The notes beneath the pieces are model-generated. The model was not told where the DNA came from, searched no databases, and saw nothing but the letters and a program-made list of their open reading frames with translations. Positions 1-9,153 of a stretch of 64,000 bases of DNA are shown one piece after another; positions within the stretch are counted from its first letter, which is position 1, and every line of letters begins with the position of its first letter. The translations under genes were made by a program, and so were the position numbers. The stretch lies in NCBI GenBank assembly GCA_020348925.1, contig CP070758.1, positions 1,134,469 through 1,198,468 on the forward strand, in the 5' to 3' direction. This DNA comes from Gemmatimonadota bacterium (GTDB lineage: Bacteria; JBHIER01; G020348925).

Positions 1-215
1 AGGGAGATATGGTCGTAGCAAGGTTTTCGGCACGAACAACTCATGATGTGGAGTCGTATGGGGTACCGGCTACCGGCAGGGAACTCGAGTGGAGAGCCAT
101 ATCCATATTCCAGATATCTGACGGTAAGATACAAACAAGATGGGAAGTTGCGGATATACTAAGCATGTACGAACAACTTGGCATGGAGCTTCAAATGAAG
201 AAAGCCAAAAAATAA
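1..215 (+). CDS. SnoaL-like ester cyclase family protein, C-terminal part (likely extends beyond window start)
   Basis: GDMVVARF...YGVPATGRELEWRAISIFQISDGKIQTRWEVADILSMYEQLG matches the ester cyclase/SnoaL pattern. Confidence 0.8.
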   Translation, partial: GDMVVARFSARTTHDVESYGVPATGRELEWRAISIFQISDGKIQTRWEVADILSMYEQLGMELQMKKAKK

Positions 216-370
216 AGAGTTGTTTTAGATTTGTGTACGTCACATACTTCTTTAGCCTGTATTATTCATAGAATTGGTCTGAATATAAATTAACATGCCT
301 CTTTTATTTGACTTATGAAAGTTAATGGATTTGAACTCCGTTGGTTTATGTTTTCCAAAGAAACCCTGCA

Positions 371-481
371 TGTCATTCCGGTTTTATACCGGAATCTCCT
401 TCGTAGAGAAGAAGTTGAGCCCACCGAGGAGATTCCGGCACGGAGTTTACCCCGTATTCTTTTACGGGGGCCGGAATGACA
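371..481. repeat. Palindromic REP/MITE-like element (TGTCATTCCGG ... CCGGAATGACA) with nested hairpins
   Basis: Perfect 11-bp terminal inverted repeat; internal CCGGAATCTCCT/AGGAGATTCCGG; related copy at 37877-37965. Confidence 0.8.
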
Positions 482-570
482 GCTTGTGAATAGAGCAGGT
501 TAGAGACAAGAAATTGAAAAAAACACATAATCATGGCTGCACCCGACTGGCGAGCGGTATTGCGATTTGG

Positions 571-670
571 NNNNNNNNNNNNNNNNNNNNNNNNNNNNNN
601 NNNNNNNNNNNNNNNNNNNNNNNNNNNNNNNNNNNNNNNNNNNNNNNNNNNNNNNNNNNNNNNNNNNNNN
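571..670. other. 100-N assembly gap / contig join
   Basis: Run of exactly 100 N. Confidence 1.
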
Positions 671-1007
671 CGTCTATGATAAAAGGACCGCTGGCAAAAC
701 TGAGTACCCCACTGGTCGTGGAGATATTCACCAGATCGTACTGCTCATAGATCTTCGGGTCCCGAATGACCCACTCCGGATAGATCCCCACATTCACCAG
801 GGCGAACATCAACTCGTACCCATCATACACCGCATTGGCACTCATGCCCGGGTTGTTCGCCGTGACGTTGCCGCCAAAGGTCAGATCGATGATCAAATCA
901 CCCGCACAATAATCCTTCGTCTGGGAATAGCTCATGCCAGTGACCGAGACAGTACAAACTAAAAGAAAAAATAGCAGGCATCCTATCTTCGCTGATATTT
1001 TCATCAT
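671..1007 (-). CDS. Secreted hypothetical protein, N-terminal fragment truncated by gap
   Basis: GAGGAG RBS, signal peptide MMKISAKIGCLLFFLLVCTVSVTG, frame open into the N run. Confidence 0.75.
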
Positions 1008-1140
1008 ATTATCTCCTCAATTTTCGTAAAGGAAACATGTTCAAAATCGTATTCTTCAAATCACTTGTTTTTTGAGCATCTATTTTTAATGTATGACTAT
1101 TATTGAGTCAAGAAAAATTATAGTATCATCAAAGTGGCAA

Positions 1141-4100
1141 CTACTTCATGAGTATCATGCGCTTTGTTTCCGACCACCGGTCACTGTCAACGGACAACCT
1201 GTAAAGGTAAACCCCGCTGGATACCGGCTGACCGTCACGGTCCCGGCCGTCCCAGGTGACCGTGTAATATCCCGGCTCCTGTTCTCCATCAACCAGCGTC
1301 CTCACCTCCTGCCCCATGATGTTGTATATTTTCAGGGTCATGTGAACGGAAGACCTGCCATCTCCTATCTGATATCCAATATCTGTCTTGGGATTAAAGG
1401 GATTCGGATAATTCTCGGAGAGAAGACATGCCTCAGGCAGCAGGTTTTTGAGAATCAGAGAGCCGGACGTGATCCGGACCGGAAGCCGGTGCACACAATC
1501 CTCGGCCAACAGGACCTCTTCGAACCACATCAATGGCTCTGTTCGTGATCCTTGCCCATCATGCATTCGAAACGGGATCACGAATACCGGATCCCGGCCG
1601 GCAGGAACCGCCCTTCCCTCCGCACTGTACACGAGGATCACCATTTCACCCTGGGCGGCGCGTGATGCGATCGTCATTCCCTCCGTTCGATCCGTGGGCT
1701 GTGGTTCCGCGAGCATCAGGCAATCACCGTTGTACCCGAGCCGCAGCTCCATTCCCGGAACGTCCGAATCGGTTCGCAGGGCGATCGGCAAGGCGAAGGT
1801 CCGGCCCTCCGCAGGGGACACCTCGGAAAAACCGATTTCCCCAACGGACTGAGCCTTTTTCGGGGTACTGAAAACAGGCGGACATGTATTGACCATCAGG
1901 ATGACATTGGCCACACCCAAAATGTCGAGCACGTCGACCACGCCATCGATATTGCAATCGGCGGCCTGGAGCTGTTCAGGCGTGGGTTCGATCTGCTCCA
2001 AAAGAATCATCCTGATGAAGACGACATCCAAAATATCGATGGAACCATCGATATTGGCATCCCCTCTCAAACCTGCGTATGTGCCGACAATCAACATGCC
2101 GTCACTCGATACACTGGGAATGAGGAACCCTCCCTCATCGGAAAGAACCGCCTTAGAAAAATGAAAATCGACAATCTCCCCGAGGCTCGCACCAGGGTCG
2201 ATCTGAAACGTGATTTGGGCCACAGAGCCGATCGCCGGCGAGATGACTTCGCCGCCGTAATCGGCAACGATCAGGGCAAACACCCCGAGTCCGGGTTCGT
2301 TCCACTGAAAGAGATCCATACCACTTGTCCTGGGGGTAGAAACCACATTGGTCACTGTCAAAATTCCGGCATCGAAGGTGAACCGAACCTCCAGGCCGGC
2401 CACAGGCTCGGTCAGTTCGGTGAGGTTATCCACATAGATATCGACAGTCACAAACGATCCGGGCAGACCGTAGTACGTTCCGGGAAAATAGACGAGAGCA
2501 ACAGGACCTGGCGTCACTCCATTGCCCTGGACCGAGACCACCGCGATGCCCTCATCAGGATCGTTGCTCAAAATCGATATGACTCCTGACTTGAGACCCT
2601 CTGACGATGGCGTGAACTGAACCGTCACATTCACGAACCCTCCCGGCCCCACTGTCAGGGGAAAAGACGTCGGTGCGGTGACGATAAAATTGGGATGGCC
2701 GGAGAGAATTGAGGAGATGAGGAGCGCGCCCGGACCGACATTTGAGACCGTGAAGGTCCAGGAAACCGAGCTGCCGACCAACACGTCCCCGTAATCGTGG
2801 CTGGAAGCCGAAAGATCAATATCCGGCTCAGGAACGGTGGCAACCACGTTGACGTAGGCCGTGTCCTGCCGGGTGAGTAAGGTCGCACCACTCCCCTCTA
2901 TTGCCCCCATCACCTCGGCCGTATCGAGACTCACGCCGCAGGCGTCGATGGCTCGGAGGGAAAGGGAGGCCGAAGTCTGTTCACCCGCAGTCAACGGTCC
3001 CAAGTTGAACCACGTCACGTGGCCGGGCGTATGCGTATCATAAGGCGGATCGGTCTCCACCAGCTCGAAGCACAAGGAATCATAGGTATCGGCGAGAGGA
3101 AGGAGACCGATGATGTTCGGCCCCGTATTCTCCATGAGGATTTCGAAGGTGGTCGTGTCGCCGACTGCCATGTACTCGAAAACCGGATCGATCCGGGTCT
3201 TCGTCACCGACAGCTTCGACTGAACGATGTTCACCGTTGCCCCATCCGAAAGATCGGGTAGCAGAAAACCGTATTCATCAAGGGCTCCGACAACAGAAGC
3301 GGTATCACTCGCCGGACCGCATACGCTGTCTGCGACAAAGGCCACGAGGACCGTATCCACATCTCCAATTCCCAACGGTCCCACGTTCGTCCAGCGAAGT
3401 TCTCCATCAAAGGCCGCGTCAGCCAAAGGATCTGCCCAGATGGAGTGGACGCAATCAGAGGCATGGTGATCGAACAGCGGCAACGTCACGATCTCAGTTG
3501 TGCCGGTATTATTGAGCACAATCCGAAATACTGCCGTATCGCTCAGCTCCACGAAACCGCCTGGTGGATCGATAAGGGTTTTGGTTATCTCCAGCTCAGG
3601 CTGCACGAGGTTCACCTCGGCAACATCGACATCTCCGGGGACCTTAAAACCGTATTCATCCGTCACGTCAAAGGTCTTCACCGTATCAACGGTTATTCCA
3701 CACGGATGCTCTGCCTGAAACTGAATCGTCACCGTTTTCTGATCCCCGGCCCCTATGGGACCGAGACAGCACCACACCAGCAATCCTGACAAGGCCTGAT
3801 TGGGTGGGGGTGACGCCGAGAGATATCGCAGGCAGGCAGGATCAAAGATGTCGATGAGGGGTACTGTGCTGACATCGGTTGTACCCGAATTGTCCACGAT
3901 CACTTGAAACGTAATGACATCACCAACAGCCGCGACTCCTGCGGGCGGATCGATGACGGTCTTGGTGACATCCACGTCTGGCTGCACAATGACCAGGCCG
4001 GCCACATCATCCTCGGTGGGAACAGGATTCCCGAACGCATCCTTGGCCTCGCAGACCGAGGCGGTATCCAGCGCCGTTTCACAGGGGGCAACCGTTTCAA

Positions 4101-4455
4101 ACACGATGAGAATCGTATCTCTGCTCCCGGGCAATAACGGTCCCCGATTTGACCAGTAAATGAATCCCGGGATGTCTGCGGTCTCCCCCGGATCGGCAAA
4201 GAGGAACTCCTGGCAATTCGGGTCGAACGAATCCGTCAGTGGCAGACTGGTGATGGTTGTCGTGCCGGTATTGGTGAGCACTATTTCAAAGGTGATCAGA
4301 TCACCAACCAGGGCGATTCCCCCGGGAGGAAGTATCAACCGCTTTTCAATATCGAGCGAAGGCTGTGCCTGGATACTCCCTCCAACACCGAGTATCAATC
4401 CTCCAAACAAAAGCAGCATGATGCGCAAAAGGTGTTGCGCTCTTTTCATATTCAT
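1141..4455 (-). CDS. Large secreted protein: 4 DUF11-like Ig repeats, ASPM-SPD2-Hydin (choice-of-anchor D) Ig, cohesin, dockerin, cohesin-like, FlgD/T9SS-type CTD
   Basis: Signal peptide; repeated 'VGDxITFxIxxxNTGTT' units; 'DYGDVLVGSS...ILSNDPDE'; dockerin pair GDANIDGSIDILD / ADCNIDGVVDVLD; ENYPNPFNP...SSGVYLYRL tail; start placed at the ATG with an RBS. Confidence 0.85.
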   Translation of the reverse strand: MNMKRAQHLLRIMLLLFGGLILGVGGSIQAQPSLDIEKRLILPPGGIALVGDLITFEIVLTNTGTTTITSLPLTDSFDPNCQEFLFADPGETADIPGFIYWSNRGPLLPGSRDTILIVFETVAPCETALDTASVCEAKDAFGNPVPTEDDVAGLVIVQPDVDVTKTVIDPPAGVAAVGDVITFQVIVDNSGTTDVSTVPLIDIFDPACLRYLSASPPPNQALSGLLVWCCLGPIGAGDQKTVTIQFQAEHPCGITVDTVKTFDVTDEYGFKVPGDVDVAEVNLVQPELEITKTLIDPPGGFVELSDTAVFRIVLNNTGTTEIVTLPLFDHHASDCVHSIWADPLADAAFDGELRWTNVGPLGIGDVDTVLVAFVADSVCGPASDTASVVGALDEYGFLLPDLSDGATVNIVQSKLSVTKTRIDPVFEYMAVGDTTTFEILMENTGPNIIGLLPLADTYDSLCFELVETDPPYDTHTPGHVTWFNLGPLTAGEQTSASLSLRAIDACGVSLDTAEVMGAIEGSGATLLTRQDTAYVNVVATVPEPDIDLSASSHDYGDVLVGSSVSWTFTVSNVGPGALLISSILSGHPNFIVTAPTSFPLTVGPGGFVNVTVQFTPSSEGLKSGVISILSNDPDEGIAVVSVQGNGVTPGPVALVYFPGTYYGLPGSFVTVDIYVDNLTELTEPVAGLEVRFTFDAGILTVTNVVSTPRTSGMDLFQWNEPGLGVFALIVADYGGEVISPAIGSVAQITFQIDPGASLGEIVDFHFSKAVLSDEGGFLIPSVSSDGMLIVGTYAGLRGDANIDGSIDILDVVFIRMILLEQIEPTPEQLQAADCNIDGVVDVLDILGVANVILMVNTCPPVFSTPKKAQSVGEIGFSEVSPAEGRTFALPIALRTDSDVPGMELRLGYNGDCLMLAEPQPTDRTEGMTIASRAAQGEMVILVYSAEGRAVPAGRDPVFVIPFRMHDGQGSRTEPLMWFEEVLLAEDCVHRLPVRITSGSLILKNLLPEACLLSENYPNPFNPKTDIGYQIGDGRSSVHMTLKIYNIMGQEVRTLVDGEQEPGYYTVTWDGRDRDGQPVSSGVYLYRLSVDSDRWSETKRMILMK

Positions 4456-4637
4456 CGAAATCCTATCACACGTTTGGGGAGGAAAGAGCATAGAGCACCT
4501 CGGAAGTTTTGATGAACAGAAACGGTCTCGTTCACAAACATCGTGTTGCCTACCACAGATATCTCTTTAGGTATCTATATCTTTCGGAAAACACTCCGGG
4601 CAAGATACGCCCACGCATATTCTCCGAAGTACCACTT

Positions 4638-4666
4638 AAAGTACCATATTTTATAAAGTAAGTCAA
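4638..4666 (-). promoter_or_regulatory. sigma70-type promoter for the cohesin-dockerin gene
   Basis: TTGACT-17-TACTTT with TG extension on the minus strand. Confidence 0.6.
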
Positions 4667-4756
4667 GAAAAATTATGAAATTTTTCCCAGGGGGAGACTG
4701 GTCTTGAAATCGCAACGATGAGCGGGTACTCAAAAATCTTCGGAACGAAAAAAGAG

Positions 4757-4785
4757 TTGACACAATTCATGGTCCAAATTATATT
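4757..4785 (+). promoter_or_regulatory. sigma70-type promoter for tRNA-Thr
   Basis: TTGACA-17-TATATT, 50 bp upstream of the tRNA. Confidence 0.75.
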
Positions 4786-4835
4786 TGGGATGTTTTTCAC
4801 AGTATCCGAATCTCTTTGATCAGGGAGAATTTCAT

Positions 4836-4908
4836 GCCACCTTAGCTCAGCTGGTAGAGCAGCTCACTCGTAATGAGCAGGTCGTCGGTTCGAGTCCGAC
4901 AGGTGGCT
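4836..4908 (+). tRNA. tRNA-Thr(CGT), CCA not encoded
   Basis: Acceptor GCCACCT/AGGTGGC, D-arm GCTC...GAGC, anticodon arm GCTCA-CT CGT AA-TGAGC, T-loop GGTTCGAGTCC. Confidence 0.97.
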
Positions 4909-4952
4909 TTTCTCAATTGTGGGTGCGTCTGCCCTCCCCCAAGCAGTGAGGA

Positions 4953-5774
4953 ATGAAGAAGAGTATGAAAACCATGGTGTTTCATTGTATACTGATTCTC
5001 TTGATATACGCCCCTTTAACGGCAGGTCCTGATAAAGATCCATTTCTGAACACGACAACCGTTGAAATGAGAGTCCGGGCGATGTCCGTTTCAACGGGAG
5101 ATACCTTCTCCGTGGAGGTGACTGTCGGCCGGTTGCTCCCTCTCAAGAGAGTGGATATGAAAATATCCCACGATCCGAAACGTCTTGCGTGCCTCTCTAT
5201 GAACCCCAGGGGAGATCATGATCATTTTCGTAATACAAAAACGAACATCGATTCGAAGGGGGGAACCCTCGTCTTCGCTGCGACCGCAGGCTCCACAGGA
5301 AATGTCTTGGACTCTGGGGGGGGGATCTGCACGCTCAATTTTCTGGCTCTGCAAGCCGGAGAGACCGAGCTTGTTTGGAGACGTTTCGGGACGGCTTCAG
5401 GCAAGGGCAGCGGTCCGATCGCCCCTTTTCGAGTGAAAGCAACGACACTGAGCATCTCCGAGAAACAAGAACTCGTCACACAAGCACCCCTCCCCGATTG
5501 CTTCGATCTTTCCCAGAACTATCCCAACCCCTTCAATCCTGAGACACATATTTCGTATCAAATTCCCGTCGCCCGGCACGTCAGGCTGACGGTCTTCAAC
5601 ATCCTCGGTCAAGAGATCCGCACCCTGGTCGACAAAGAACAGACCCCCGGATATTACACCATTTTTTGGGACGGAAGGGACAGCAGGGATATCGAGGTCT
5701 CCAGTGGCATGTATTTCTACCGTATGGAATCCGGAGACTTCGTTCATACCAGACGAATGACGTTACTCCGATAA
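4953..5774 (+). CDS. Secreted single-cohesin protein with FlgD/T9SS-type CTD
   Basis: Signal peptide; 'GDTFSVEVTV...ISHDPKRL...GICTLNFLALQAGETEL' cohesin-like fold; QNYPNPFNP...SSGMYFYRM tail. Confidence 0.8.
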   Translation: MKKSMKTMVFHCILILLIYAPLTAGPDKDPFLNTTTVEMRVRAMSVSTGDTFSVEVTVGRLLPLKRVDMKISHDPKRLACLSMNPRGDHDHFRNTKTNIDSKGGTLVFAATAGSTGNVLDSGGGICTLNFLALQAGETELVWRRFGTASGKGSGPIAPFRVKATTLSISEKQELVTQAPLPDCFDLSQNYPNPFNPETHISYQIPVARHVRLTVFNILGQEIRTLVDKEQTPGYYTIFWDGRDSRDIEVSSGMYFYRMESGDFVHTRRMTLLR

Positions 5775-5910
5775 CACCATCTCCCTTCAAAGATCCTTTT
5801 TCATTGTGACGAGGAGATTCCGGCATCCCGGGACAGCTTCATTCGATCAATCTCCCCACCGGGCAAGCACTCAGACTCTATGAGGCTGCAAACCAGTTCC
5901 TCCTTTCGAC

Positions 5911-5924
5911 GGCAATTCCTTGCA
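5911..5924. promoter_or_regulatory. Candidate enhancer-binding-protein site (GGCAA-N4-TTGCA)
   Basis: Palindrome about 130 bp upstream of a sigma54 motif; near-identical motif at 56812-56825 upstream of a second sigma54 motif. Confidence 0.45.
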
Positions 5925-6042
5925 TCTTCTCTCAGGTTCGGCACTTTCTGGACGGCCCCTCCCCCCCCGCACCCCCCGGGAAAACCGCGTCAATGCTCAC
6001 TTTCCCCGCAATACCGCTCCGCTGGCGCACAGCCGCATGCTC

Positions 6043-6059
6043 TTGGCACATCATTTGCT
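6043..6059 (+). promoter_or_regulatory. sigma54 (-24/-12) promoter
   Basis: TTGGCACATCATTTGCT fits TGGCAC-N5-TTGC with exact GG-N10-GC spacing. Confidence 0.7.
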
Positions 6060-6069
6060 TCCTATATGA

Positions 6070-6189
6070 GATCAGGGATAGGGCATGACATGACGTCCGA
6101 GTACCATATCATTAAGTCATGCTACCCCTTCAGCATCATTGCCCAACCCTCCCAAAAAACCTTCTCGACCCCCTCGAGAAGGTTTTTTG
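6070..6189 (+). ncRNA. Candidate sigma54-dependent small RNA (~120 nt)
   Basis: Bounded by a sigma54 promoter and a strong terminator; internal stem GCATGAC/GTCATGC; no credible ORF. Confidence 0.4.
6153..6189. terminator. Bidirectional intrinsic terminator
   Basis: Perfect 16-bp inverted repeat CAAAAAACCTTCTCGA-CCCCC-TCGAGAAGGTTTTTTG. Confidence 0.8.
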
Positions 6190-6218
6190 TTGACAATTCC
6201 CTCCCGGTTTGATATATT
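6190..6218 (+). promoter_or_regulatory. sigma70 promoter of ftsK-lolA
   Basis: TTGACA-17-TATATT with TG extension. Confidence 0.75.
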
Positions 6219-6268
6219 TCGTCAGAATTGGCTATAAAATCATGGACTTACCTTCAAAGGAACTGTAA

Positions 6269-8473
6269 TTGCCAAAAGACACGGATCGACCGATACGGAG
6301 GCCCATGCGGGTACTCGGGGTTCTGCTCATCGCCCTCAGCATCTTTTTGACCATAAGCCTTCTGACCTATTCTCAAAGCGATTCTCACGATCCTTTCCAT
6401 ACGAAAGGCCTCATCTCCAACTGGGGCGGGCGACTCGGGGCTTTTTTCTCCTATTACTTCTATCACCTCGTCGGCTATCCCGTCCTCCTCCTTCCCCTCC
6501 TTCTCCTTCTGTGGGGGTGGAACCGATTTCGATGCGCCCCGAAGAAGGGGCTTGTCAAACGCACTTTTCTCCTCTCTCTTCTCGGCCTGACGTTCTGCCT
6601 GGCGACAAATGCCATGTCCTTCATCCCCCACAATACGCAATACCGCCTCGGAGGCAGGGTGGGAGCATCTCTGGCCGGCTTCTTTCTTCGATACATCGGT
6701 TACGTAGGAACGTATATTCTTTTGGTATCTCTCCTTCTCATCGTCCTTCTTCTTACCGCCGAGCATCCCCTGGCCCGCTTCTCAGAATGGTTCGTGAAAA
6801 GGAAAGCGCTTTCGGCTATGAGACGAACCGAGAAGAAGGTCCGAAAAGAAGAAAAGCGGGAGCGCAAGGAAGAGAAGAGAAGGACCAAAAGAAAAAAGGA
6901 AAAGGAGGTAAAAAAGGAACCCTCCCAGCCGAAGCCCAAAGTGTTGGAAAGAAAAAAAAGGGACATCCAAGACAGGGAGAAAAAGGAGATTGTTCCCTCC
7001 GAAACGGCCGGCTATCTCTTTCCAACCCTCGACCTGCTTGAGGATCCCCCGGTGCCTGACAAAGGTGTCGACAAGGTAGAACTCCAGGCCAATGCCTCAA
7101 TCCTTGAGACAAAACTGGCCGATTTCGGGGTCGAGGGCAAGGTCGTCCAGGTCAATCCCGGTCCGGTCATCACCCGCTACGAACTGGAGCCGGCCCCCGG
7201 CGTCAAAGTGAGCCGTATTGCCAGTCTGAGTGACGATCTGGCTCTGGCCATGAAGGCCAAAAGCATCCGTATTTTGGCCCCCATACCCGGGAAAGCTGCC
7301 GTCGGCATCGAAATGCCCAACCCGCACCCCTCTGTCGTAAGCCTCAAGGAGATTCTGTCCTCACGCGAATTCCAGCGATCCACATCCAAACTGACCTTCG
7401 CCCTCGGGAAAACCATTTCCGGCGAGCCCTTCTGCACCGATCTGGCCACCATGCCCCACCTCCTCATCGCAGGGGCCACGGGCTCCGGAAAGAGCGTCTG
7501 CATCAATGCCCTGATATGCAGCATTCTGTTGAACCGAACGCACCCGCAGCAGGTCCAGTTCCTCATGATCGATCCCAAGATGCTGGAACTGCCCCTGTAC
7601 AACGGCATCCCCCATCTGACGCGGAAGGTCATCACCAACTCCGAAAAAGCATCCGAAACCCTGAAACTCGTCGTCAACGAGATGGAGAAGCGGTATCGAC
7701 AGCTGGCCAAGATCGGCGTGCGGGATATTGCCACGTACAATGAGCGGGTGCAGCATCCGGATTTCAGACCTCCGGAGGACGAGGGGGAATCCCTCACACC
7801 ACTTCCCTACTACGTCATTATTGTGGATGAGCTGGCCGATCTGATGTTGTCCGCCTTTGCCGACGATATCGAGAGCGCCCTCACCCGCCTGGCACAGATG
7901 GCCCGGGCCGTGGGCATTCACCTGGTGCTGGCCACGCAGCGGCCCTCGGTTGACGTCATCACCGGCCTCATCAAGGCCAACTTTCCCACCCGCATCGCCT
8001 TCCAGGTCGCCTCGAAAATCGATTCGCGCACCATTCTGGATACAAACGGTGCGGAGAAACTTCTGGGAACAGGCGATATGCTCTTTCTCACGCCCCGGCA
8101 TCGTGAATCGCTCCGGATCCACGGGTCATACATCTCGACAAAAGAGACCGAGGAGATTGTGCAATTCATCAAGAAACAGCATTTCGCCTTTGAACGGCCC
8201 AGGCTCCCGGAGCAATCTCCGGTCGAGAAAGAGACGGCAGATCTCGACGTCCAGGGTTACGACGACCTCTTTGAGAAAGACAGGGATCTGGTTATTCGCC
8301 ATCAACAGGGATCCGTTTCGCTGCTCCAGCGTCGTTTAGGTATTGGGTATGCCCGGGCCGGCCGTATCATGGACCAGCTGGAAAAGGCCGGCGTCGTCGG
8401 ACCCTTCGACGGCAGCAAAGCGAGACAGGTCCTCATCGACCGCGACGAAATGGAGGAGTTTCAAGGCCTATGA
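6269..8473 (+). CDS. ftsK: DNA translocase FtsK
   Basis: N-terminal TM domain, Walker A GATGSGKS, LVLATQRPSVDVITGLIKANFPTRIAF, gamma domain LLQRRLGIGYARAGRIMDQLE. Confidence 0.97.
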   Translation: MPKDTDRPIRRPMRVLGVLLIALSIFLTISLLTYSQSDSHDPFHTKGLISNWGGRLGAFFSYYFYHLVGYPVLLLPLLLLLWGWNRFRCAPKKGLVKRTFLLSLLGLTFCLATNAMSFIPHNTQYRLGGRVGASLAGFFLRYIGYVGTYILLVSLLLIVLLLTAEHPLARFSEWFVKRKALSAMRRTEKKVRKEEKRERKEEKRRTKRKKEKEVKKEPSQPKPKVLERKKRDIQDREKKEIVPSETAGYLFPTLDLLEDPPVPDKGVDKVELQANASILETKLADFGVEGKVVQVNPGPVITRYELEPAPGVKVSRIASLSDDLALAMKAKSIRILAPIPGKAAVGIEMPNPHPSVVSLKEILSSREFQRSTSKLTFALGKTISGEPFCTDLATMPHLLIAGATGSGKSVCINALICSILLNRTHPQQVQFLMIDPKMLELPLYNGIPHLTRKVITNSEKASETLKLVVNEMEKRYRQLAKIGVRDIATYNERVQHPDFRPPEDEGESLTPLPYYVIIVDELADLMLSAFADDIESALTRLAQMARAVGIHLVLATQRPSVDVITGLIKANFPTRIAFQVASKIDSRTILDTNGAEKLLGTGDMLFLTPRHRESLRIHGSYISTKETEEIVQFIKKQHFAFERPRLPEQSPVEKETADLDVQGYDDLFEKDRDLVIRHQQGSVSLLQRRLGIGYARAGRIMDQLEKAGVVGPFDGSKARQVLIDRDEMEEFQGL

Positions 8474-9153
8474 TGAAATCCAAAAATCAAATGACAAAAT
8501 CCAGAAATGAGTGGTCAGCATTCAAAATCAGTGCAATTGCAATTTCAGCCCTCCTGATAACAGGCACATGTGCTTTCGGCCAATCTGTCACTGAGATCGT
8601 TAAGCAGGTGGAGAAAAGGTATCACTCCTTGAAAACATTCTCGGCCGAATTTGACGAAACCTTCACCTGGACTTTGGCCAAAGAATCCCGCACGACCCAC
8701 GGTCGGTTCTTCATTAAAAAACCCGACCGATTCCGTCTCGAAACTGAAAAACAGATCATCTCCTCTGACGGAACGACGGTCTGGCGCTATGCTATTCAGG
8801 ACTCACAGGTCTTTGTCACCGATGCCGAAAGCGATCCCGAATTTCCACCTCTGAAGAATTTACTCTTCGATTACGTAGAGAATTACTCCCACGTCTCTTT
8901 GGGCGAAGAGGTGGTGGACGACAGACCATGCTATCAATTGAAACTCATCCCTAAAATCGAGGAGAGTTATATCACTGAAATGAGGGTCTGGATCGACAAA
9001 AAGGAGAAGATGACGAAGAAGGTTGCATACACGGATATCCAGAATAATGTGACGACGTACGTTCTTGATAACATCGAGACCAATGAAAAGATCAAGGACG
9101 ACATCTTTGTCTTCGACATCCCGGCAGGTGTTGAAGTGATCGACACCCGTTAA
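8470..9153 (+). CDS. lolA: Outer-membrane lipoprotein carrier protein LolA
   Basis: Signal peptide, 'KKPDRFRLET...SDGTTVWRY', 'FVFDIPAGVEVID'; canonical position after ftsK. Confidence 0.9.
   Translation: MMKSKNQMTKSRNEWSAFKISAIAISALLITGTCAFGQSVTEIVKQVEKRYHSLKTFSAEFDETFTWTLAKESRTTHGRFFIKKPDRFRLETEKQIISSDGTTVWRYAIQDSQVFVTDAESDPEFPPLKNLLFDYVENYSHVSLGEEVVDDRPCYQLKLIPKIEESYITEMRVWIDKKEKMTKKVAYTDIQNNVTTYVLDNIETNEKIKDDIFVFDIPAGVEVIDTR

Noticed and set aside
4836-4908. tRNA-Thr as an integration site for an island
   Set aside because: No duplicated tRNA 3' end and no integrase seen in the window.
8278-8281. Ala-to-Asp-looking substitution in the FtsK gamma domain (FEKDRDLV)
   Set aside because: A single-base difference at a non-catalytic site; cannot be separated from ordinary variation or error.
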